A stretch of 59,281 nucleotides of DNA, the filler included, from Platydemus manokwari (Eukaryota), in assembly GCA_037951405.1 (NCBI GenBank). It is 5 parts of 5 records of this genome, joined end to end, with 100 filler letters (N's around TTAATTAATTAA, not from the genome) between each part and the next. Parts side by side here need not be neighbours in the genome. Positions count along the whole stretch, not along the records: positions 50,421 to 59,281 come from JBBMOY011337872.1; 4 more parts are not named here. One strand, 5' to 3'. The notes beneath the pieces are model-generated. The model made no database searches. It worked only from the letters and a program-made list of their open reading frames with translations, and had not been told where the DNA came from. This document shows, in pieces, positions 50,742 to 59,281 of this stretch. Positions within the stretch are counted from its first letter, which is position 1. Each line of letters opens with the position of its first letter. The translations under genes were made by a program, and so were the position numbers.

Positions 50742-53700
50742 TATGTTTTTCAGGTAAATTTTAATTGTAAAATTTCTGAATCTTATCTTTACATGTATTT
50801 CTCCTGATATAAGAATCCAGAACTTTTCTTTTGTTTTATATTTTATCATTCATATATTCAATCTATAATAACTTGGGATACCATTTCATTCATTGTTTAT
50901 TTATTAATCTATTTATTTTCATTCTTAAAAATAATATTTTATTGTTTCAATCTAATAATTATTTGCAGATGCTTTAAATCTTGAAAAGGGCTTACGTAGA
51001 AATCAAGGTTATGCTTATGGGAAAAGACGTTACACTGTGGGTGAAGTTTGTGCACCATCTAATATTGAAAATTTACCACAAAGTAGCAGACGACTTAATA
51101 CAATGTCATCCGCTTCATTAGGAAATTTGTCGAAAATAAATAGTAAAGAAAACTGTATAGATGATGAAGATCAAGAGTTTTCTCACGATGAAGATTTTGA
51201 TGAAGAATTAGACTTGTGTCGAAATTATAACATGTCTACTGATAATTTAGTGAATATACCGCGTTATAAAATCTCAAGATCCAACACATGTAATATGGAT
51301 TTTGATGGTATTATTGAGAATACAGTTAAGTATATTTATCGACTCAATCATATTATATGCTTATCAATTAGTGGTTAGTAACACATTCCAAGATGGAAGA
51401 AAGGAGGGCTTCTGTTTTTGTTCAAATCGATTGCGATGAAAAGAATCGTAGGGAGTCAGAATCGAAAAACATTGGAAATATTCTAACAGTAAATGGATCA
51501 GAAAAAACCAATATTTTAACAACACGAACGAGAAGTTCTTCTTGTAGCAGTTCTAATGATACCAGTGATGCTAACAGTGTAGATTTACACGAAGAAAGAA
51601 AGAAATTGGCTCAACAATTAGAAGTACAAACTATTAGAATACAATCTCGTTCTCCAGGTGGAACATTACTGAACAGTAGCTTAGCTACTGATGATCTAAA
51701 ATCAATCACTCCTACAGTTAGCGAAGCTGATATTTTTGATGAGAACAATTCAGCAGTCGAACCTGTGATGTATATGATATATAATATATTTATTGATTTA
51801 TCTTATAATGTTATTCGAATATAGTCTTAAAGAGAGCTGCGGTACTCAAAATGTTTCAAATGATGATTTCATTGGAGTGAGTGTTGGTGTAGAAAATTCG
51901 TTAGTAATCTGAAATATTTCAAAATCATTCATGTATTCATATTTAGAACTAGGAAACAGTCAATCGTTCGTGATGTATCTGGAACAACTCATTTGGACCC
52001 TGTAAGTGTTATTTTTATTTTTCCAATTAATTTCCTTTGTCATTAAAATAAATTTCATAATATCAGAACATAATTGTGTGATAAAATAAAATTGAAATTT
52101 GATAACTTTAATCAGCATCAGATTTTCAAAATAAACATATTAGTTTTGTTTTTGGATTTTGGTAATTAGTAAATGTGTGTTGACTTTTTAAAGCTTATAA
52201 TATTTGGTATCTCTAATCAAAGAAGGTGAACCATTGTCGATTTATAAAATCCTCATTTGATATATTATACAGTAATGCTTCAATGTGAACTTAGAAATTT
52301 TTGAAGTATTTGTTTTTCTTAAAACGTTATATCTTGCGATTTGAGTTGGATTATATAAACAATTAATCCACATTATTTATTACTTATATATTATTTGCGT
52401 CTATTATCATATAAATGATATTATATTATATTAACTTACTCTTTATTATATGCTGTGCGAAAATCTAACATTTATTTCAAAAAATTGTTAGTATATTTGA
52501 GAGAATTTTGTGTAGAATCTATAACAGACAACCATAAAATAAAATCCAATAAAAGGTAAATGAAATAAAGTGTATCATTCAATTCTTAACAATGTTTTTT
52601 GCGAATTTGGAAGCCCGTGTGATGTCAATTCGGAATACTTTTGTTCTTTTTTTCTTATTTTACTTCATAGGATTGTAAATAATAATGTTTGTATTTAATT
52701 ATTTCATCATATTAAGAATACACTTGCTCTTTTCTACAGGAATAACCTTTTCATTGAAAATATTGTTTTAGAATGATATTCGTGTACCTATCAATGTCAC
52801 TGATATCAAATCTGATTTACCAACAATATCAATTTATTCTGAAAATACGGAAACTGATCCAGTGGATTTTCTTAATATGCGACGAAGAAACAGTAATATA
52901 CCAAATGAGAGTCGAGTTTATAAAATTAGTCAGACATCTTTCAATGATTCGAACGAAACAGACTCTCTTCAATTGGTAATGTTTCTTTCATTAATTCAAT
53001 AACATTGATGTATGGATTTATTGTGAATAGCAAACTTCAATAAACAAAAGCACTTGCTCTTCTGGTCCAAATTCTGTTATCGGCGAAGACAAAAGAAACA
53101 CCCGATTAAATAATTCGGTTAGAAATGTATTGGTGAATTATTATTTATAATGAATATTTTTATTATTATTGTTTTGCAATATCATCAACTTTGAACATTG
53201 TAATTTATCACTGTTGAGTTATATTTAAATATTGATCTTCCAAATTGATGCCTGGCATCAAATATTACTTCAGAAAATATTTTTCAAAATAACATTTTCG
53301 TGTTTGATTCGAATTGAAATTATATTCAGAAATCACATAAAACATGTTTAATGAATTAGAGTTATTAAATTATTATTAATTAAAGTGACTTTTTATTCTC
53401 TAATTTACAATTCACGTTATTGGGATCATATTTTAATGTTAGAAACTAAGATCAAAAAGATTGAATCGTCCACACACAATAGCTATACCCAATCTAAACA
53501 TATTCAAATCTATTCCGAATGATTCATTAAATAATTATGATGATCCATCGGCCAATGGTGATATCACTGAATTGCAAGAGGCTATTGATATGTTGAATGA
53601 AATAAGGTTTGGTTAAAATATTTGTAATAATTCTCATTTATTTTTATACAATTGACAGTCGATCATTGATGAAAATTTCACCAGATGAGTTGGAAGACAA

Positions 53701-56700
53701 ATATTCTGAAACCATATTGATATATCGAACTGATAGACCCACCATTTTTGATAGAGCAATGGATGCCAATAATAAGTGCAATAAAGCTCTGACAAATGTG
53801 GAACAAGAATTCAATATTTTGAGACATTTAGTTAAAGTCAGTCTTTGATTAGATTGATGAAAATGTATCATTGATCTCTTTCACAGAACATATCAGGTGT
53901 TATTGACCAACCTTGTGATTTAATACCTCGGATTAAAACATCTATCAATGTGTTGGAGAAATGTGTTGAATATCTATCAGCAAAATCTGAAACTCTTGGA
54001 TCTGTTCAACAAGTGAGATTTGTTTTAAATTTTATATATAAATGTTTTCTAATTCATATCATTTATAGTTGAAATATGAGGATAATAATTGTTGTCATGT
54101 AAGATGTCATTTTTAAGGTTTTGGATTTCAGTTTTGATTAAATTGCAATTGTTTATGCGTTAATGAATAATTATTCCCTTCATAATCAAATGGTTTCATC
54201 AATTAATTGATTTTTGGTATAACACTTTTGGTTTAAAGCCATTTCCAACCATTTGAAATTATTTTGTATATTTCGATTTTCCCCCGTTCAGGTTTACAAA
54301 TGTAGTGTAATCATAAAATTATATATAATGCAATTGGATTTTAGTGAATTATTTATGAAATCAATTGATATTGTTCATGGGATTTTAGGAAATAAAATTT
54401 TCATGCCTAGCAGATGTAATGCAAGAATATAGTTCTGTGATGCACAAGCAAAAAGAGAATCATTTGAGAGAAGTGGAAGAATTGAAGTAAAGATATTGAA
54501 ATAAGATTAATAATTAATGATTATTAATAATTAACAATAGAAATTCATTGAATGTGTTGAATGAAATGGGAATTAACAATTTAGCCGACCCATCACGTCA
54601 GAAACGAAGTATATTAGCTGGAAAGGTGAAATTATGTTTATTCGTATCATATTTATTCGTATTTTTATTAAACTTAAATTACATTAATAATTTATTATTT
54701 TATTATCTCTATTTAAATATAATGTTTAGTTTATATTTCATTTTAATTTATGTTCTTTTAAGTTATTTCTTCTTAATTCAATGTTATTCAATACAGCTCA
54801 TCAATGCAAATTCCAACCAATATAATCAAGAAGCTTCTTATATTTTATACATTGATTATTTATGAGTTCATTTCCACCATTAACTTCACGAGTTATTTTT
54901 ATTTTAATAATTAAACCATTTTATAAATTATTAAGATATAAAATTCAATAAAATTATTATCTTAATTAGCCCCTTGATATACATGGTTATCCATTTGCAT
55001 TTTTTTTACAAATAGGCTGTAGTACTGAATATTGAAATACATATAGAAATGTTTTTTTATGTTAACATATGATCTGAAAAAGTTCGTCCATTTTCCCATT
55101 AAAGATTAACAAAGAAAAGTATATTTTATTCACAATATAAATTGCTACAGGAAAAATTGTAATGATTAATATTTTCATTTGAAAAAGGTTTCATGGCAAT
55201 AGATAGATTTGTTTCAATTTATGATTGTTAACATTTCTGTAAATATACCATAATCTGTTCTAAATCATTATAATTTAGATTTATTAGGTATTTAATGTTC
55301 TTATGGAATCTTTTATAACCCATAGTAACTAATTTGTAGAAATTATTGTCTAAAGTGCAGCACTATGAAAGATATTCGTGTCTCAATTCATTACCAGCAC
55401 ATAAAGCTATTAATAATAAACCTTCGGATAATTTGCGCACTAATATTAGGAGACGCAGTAAATCCGATAGTAGTTTATTATTGGGCTTGAATCAGGTAAC
55501 TAACACACATAGTCTGGGCTTTGCTTAAGAATTTTTTGTGTATAATTATATGTGACCGATTTGATTGTTTTGTTTTAATAAATTATGAATAGTATTGTTT
55601 TCACTGTTTTATTCAGCAGACTTTCATTAATGTGGTTGGTTCACCTCACACTAAACGCATGCTTTTACGCTCTGATACTCTTGATGCTTTTGATCCCACA
55701 GTGAGTCACGATGTTGATGCCGAATTATATCAAGCTATTCAGATGCATATTAATGGTAAAAAACGCATCTCGGAATGAATTTGCATTAATAACCAACCAA
55801 TCTGTGATTTTCTTGCTTCATAAAATTTGATAAGATTTTTAAATTTTGTTGTTTTCCAATATTTGATTATATTGTTTTTCGATTTATTTAATCGTTGATT
55901 AGATTTGCTTAAGCAATTTTGCTTACCAATCGTAATTATGGTTACAATATTTTTCCAATTAATTATCAAATTAATAACATATAAGTTTAATCGTATTAAT
56001 TATTGACCAAAAAATTCTTAAATCATTTTCAATGACTTCTTTATTTGACGATTTCGAGTTGCGCTTGTGTGCCACAATAAAGATGACCTAATTAGATTAA
56101 ACGACAGGAATAAACTAATAAATAAGTTTTCCAAATTTTGAATTATTTTTAACAAATTATATATTGACATCCAATATCATTCGCTTTACCATCACTGATG
56201 CTAGTTTTATGTTCTCTGCATTTTATTGAAGAAAATTCATTAATTTACTTATTTCTTTTGATTTTTTACAAAATTATACCAAGAGATAAATAATAATTGA
56301 TAAGATTGTTTTCTCGTTTTTTTAATAATTCGAAAAGGGCCAAAACTGAAAATATCAATTGAAATAAATATCAAAATATTAAACATTTTACTGATTTCAT
56401 TGAAACAGTAAAACTATTTTCACATGTATGGTTTGTTATTATTAGTAGATTTCTCAATATTTACATTTCGCTGTTTTTATAATAAACTGTAGAATATTAG
56501 CCTTTTAGTGGTATAGAAAATATATATTCTTATTGCAAAATGTTGTACTATTCGTGAATGATTTTCCTGTATAATTATCGATGTCAATTTTTGAAATGTA
56601 GATTGATGACGTGACATAAAATAATGTGATGAAATAATTGTTTTAGGACGCTAAGACACGATTTCAGATAGTTGCACAACATACAGCTACAAAAACATCG

Positions 56701-58967
56701 ATTTTACGTCAATTATCAAGTTCAGTTCGAAAACGTAGAGAATATTCACCTAAAACCGAATACGAGCCGAAATCAGTACCCAGCAAAACTGCTAGTAATA
56801 AATTCGCTGAACTATCATTGAAAGCCACGGATGATGACAAGTTTTTTCAGATTTGGAATTTTAAATATTTATATAGTGAGAATTTGTAGTTCTAAATCAT
56901 GTAAAATGACAGTTGAAAATTTTTTTCCACTCACACCATCTGCGAATGAAAAAAGAGAAAATCTTTATCAAAAAGGGTTAGTAAATTCATATTTATGTAT
57001 TTTGTTGTAACAATTTATTCAGAAATGTTCTTTAACAAAATATTGATGTTTTGTTCTCTGATAAAATCTCGTTTAACTTGGTAGTTAAATTATAAAAACC
57101 GTGTCATGTTTAACTTAAAGGAATGAAATTTTCTTTAAATTTTAATCATTTTTTCACCCATTTTTATGCTGACTCCTATTATCCATTAAAGTGAATTAAC
57201 TTTGGATTTTCTTTATGAGCACGTGCACAGTTTTATAGAAGGAACATCACTTTCTATGAAATTATTAATATACATGCCTAATGTTTATAATTTTATAATT
57301 TTTAAAATAATTATACAGCTTAAATTTGCTTGGTATTCATTTATTATAGAAAACCCTAAACAACACTCTGAACAGACCTGTAGATATCACTCATCTGGAT
57401 AGAAAAATATTACTCCATATAAAATGTTTCCCATGTTTTTAATGTTAGATTATTATTTAATTTTAAATCCTTTGGATATTTGTCATCCAAAATTAATCGA
57501 TTTTTTATTGTTGTTTAAAAAATGATGCAATCATATATATATACATTACAACTCCCAAAACTGAGACATTTTCAAAGTGGACATCCTGAAATTGGAACAT
57601 ACTTGTAGCTTATATTTTTACTATAATTTTAGGAGAACGGATAATTGTGTTTTGTTTAAATATTATTGATCACCATTTTTTATTCCGAAAATAAATCAGA
57701 GAATTCTTGTTCAAAATGAAAATTGTGAACTGATATCATTGGAGGATGCAGAGAAGTCAATGGAGACTGTGCTCAAATTCATAGAGAACAATCTTTTTTT
57801 TACAGAAGACTGCCTTATGCAAACATATGCGTTGCAAAGATAAATAGCTATGGAGAAGTTTCAAAGCCGTCAAAATTCCTACCTTAGTAATCTTGTTAAA
57901 GGCAATTTAGAGGCAGCCGAGTATCCGACTAATCAGTTAGTCATTGATGAACTAGAAAGAGAAAAAACCAATACAATAGATGACTAAAGATTTTATTTAG
58001 TTATAATGCCAACCACCTGTAAAATTAAATATTAATAAAATTTGGTTAAACAGTCAATACTCAAAACCATACAAAATCACTAGTTATTCAGGTTAGAGAT
58101 TGTTTCTTTAAGTGCATGAAATGCATTTATCTAATTTTCAGTAAATATCTGTGATTATGTACATACAATTAACAAAATACACTTGTTTGATTTTGCAAAT
58201 CTTTTATTTGAAATAAAACTAACTTCTTCCTGAAACTGGAACAACACTTCCAAAACCGGAACATTTAACGTGTTCCAGTTTTTGGAGTTGTAGTGTATAT
58301 AACTTTATTACTTTTAACTGTTAGTGGGCTCCTGAAATGCAATAGTTACAATATTATGTAGGTTGAAAAATGAAAATATTTATAATATAAATTATTATTG
58401 GACTTTATTAATATCTCAATGGATATTGTTTTTATTTTGTTTGATATGTGATGGTTTTTTTGTAGACTCGCTCAAGGTTTACGAATTAGCACCGATCAAG
58501 CATTATCAGATTTACGAGCACGGCAGAATAAATTCTCTTCCACTCTTGATGCGATGAGTGATATGATTGATGAATATGAACATATCGATAATGAAGTATT
58601 CAACATGGGCACCGATTCCAGGTTTCAATAGGAAATGAATTCAAATTATTTTTCATTTATTATTCTTAGATTTGGAGTATTAAAAGACAAGCTCGTCTTA
58701 TATTTTACTCATCTGAGAACTGCTGTTTGTAAATTAGCATATTTGACACTGGGTCTCATTTTAATGATTGGACTACTTCTTCCTTGGATATTCATTCCGG
58801 CAGACGATGTGACGTCTTCAATAACTACTCCGGTGACAAGACGCCGATCATACTCATTTCCTGATAGATCAGATAGTTCTGATATACCAGATTCAACACC
58901 AACATCGTCATCATCTTTATTTTTGTCAAATGTAAATGTTATCCGTCATAATCGAGCAGCTGTTTAA
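50603..58967 (+). CDS. IRAG/LRMP (MRVI1/Jaw1)-family coiled-coil, tail-anchored membrane protein; multi-exon, 5'-incomplete
   Basis: Exons 53659-53836, 53887-54012 and 54389-54486 splice to DELEDKYSETILIYRTDRPTIFDRAMDANNKCNKALTNVEQEFNILRHLVK|NISG...IKTSINVLEKCVEYLSAKSETLGSVQQ|EIKFSCLADVMQEYSSVMHKQKENHLREVEELK. This is collinear with the MRVI1 domain (EVE..F..LSLAFR.D..TLE.R.......R.L.EEN..KE...L.....RLSSRAE.VGAV.QE.R.SKA.EVM.QYVENLKR.YEK.H.EL.E.K). Flanking exons are Ser-rich and disordered. The last exon has the TM segment LAYLTLGLILMIGLLLPWIFI and a short tail. Not every exon boundary was resolved. Confidence 0.72.
50708..50742. repeat. (TTA)n microsatellite in intron
   Basis: Run of about 11 tta units with one variant. 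Confidence 0.8.
57544..58295 (+). mobile_element. pogo/Tigger-like non-autonomous element in an intron of the IRAG-like gene
   Basis: 25-bp TIRs: cattacaactcccaaaactgagaca versus the reverse complement of the right end, cactacaactccaaaaactggaaca. Both ends are flanked by TA, with subterminal ctgaaa(t/c)tggaaca repeats. The internal broken peptide ISLEDAEKSMETVLKFIE...*IAMEKFQSRQ resembles a Tigger/jerky transposase C-terminus. Confidence 0.82.
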
Positions 58968-59281
58968 ATGTATATTTGAAGAATAAATTTTGTTAATTTT
59001 TGTACAATGTTTATTACATTTTGTTATTTTACAATTATTATTTTAACAATATTATTTAGAAACTATTATCCGTGGGAGAAACATTACTCTTTTTGTCGAT
59101 GCTTTTTGATACCATTTCCTCACCGATCTGTTACTAAATTGTGAAGACTGTTTAAGAGTTCGACTAAGAATAAGTATCGATATTAATGCGTATTTTAAAA
59201 TAATCTAGAAGTTCATTTTACTAACTTCTTGTTGAATTTTTCTATATCATTGACTTCTCTTATGATTATATAGGTTATACA

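Noticed and set aside
1-59281. CRISPR arrays, tRNA/rRNA genes, prokaryotic operons or defence systems
   Set aside because: The sequence is eukaryotic and spliced. No regularly spaced repeats or structured RNA genes were seen, and the recurring TTAATTAATTAA is a synthetic linker.

Overview
This is very AT-rich eukaryotic (animal) genomic DNA with GT-AG introns, mostly about 50 nt. That intron size and the transposon mix would fit a flatworm such as a planarian, but the organism cannot be proven from the sequence. The window is five contigs joined by four identical 100-nt spacers (N44-TTAATTAATTAA-N44), so adjacency across a spacer is not evidence of physical linkage. Complete genes are a single-exon RECQL4 helicase, a 9-exon FTSJ3/Spb1 rRNA methyltransferase and an 11-exon RRP9/U3-55K. 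Partial genes are the 3' half of a PDE9-type cGMP phosphodiesterase, the last two exons of a CNBD2-like gene, the last two exons of a probable ALMS-motif gene, and most of an IRAG/LRMP (MRVI1-domain) tail-anchored protein. There is also a disrupted pantothenate-kinase-like fragment. Transposon relics include a Maverick/Polinton-type integrase, Ty3/gypsy pieces, two Buster-type hAT elements with TSDs, a mariner 3' end and a pogo/Tigger-like element. No rRNA, tRNA or CRISPR was seen, and I found no clearly novel system. The best leads are the invertebrate IRAG/LRMP homologue with a KASH-like tail lacking PPPx, the selected tandem phospho-motif tail on PDE9, and the co-occurrence of three cyclic-nucleotide signalling genes. 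All family assignments come from manual translation and remembered motifs, not from database searches.
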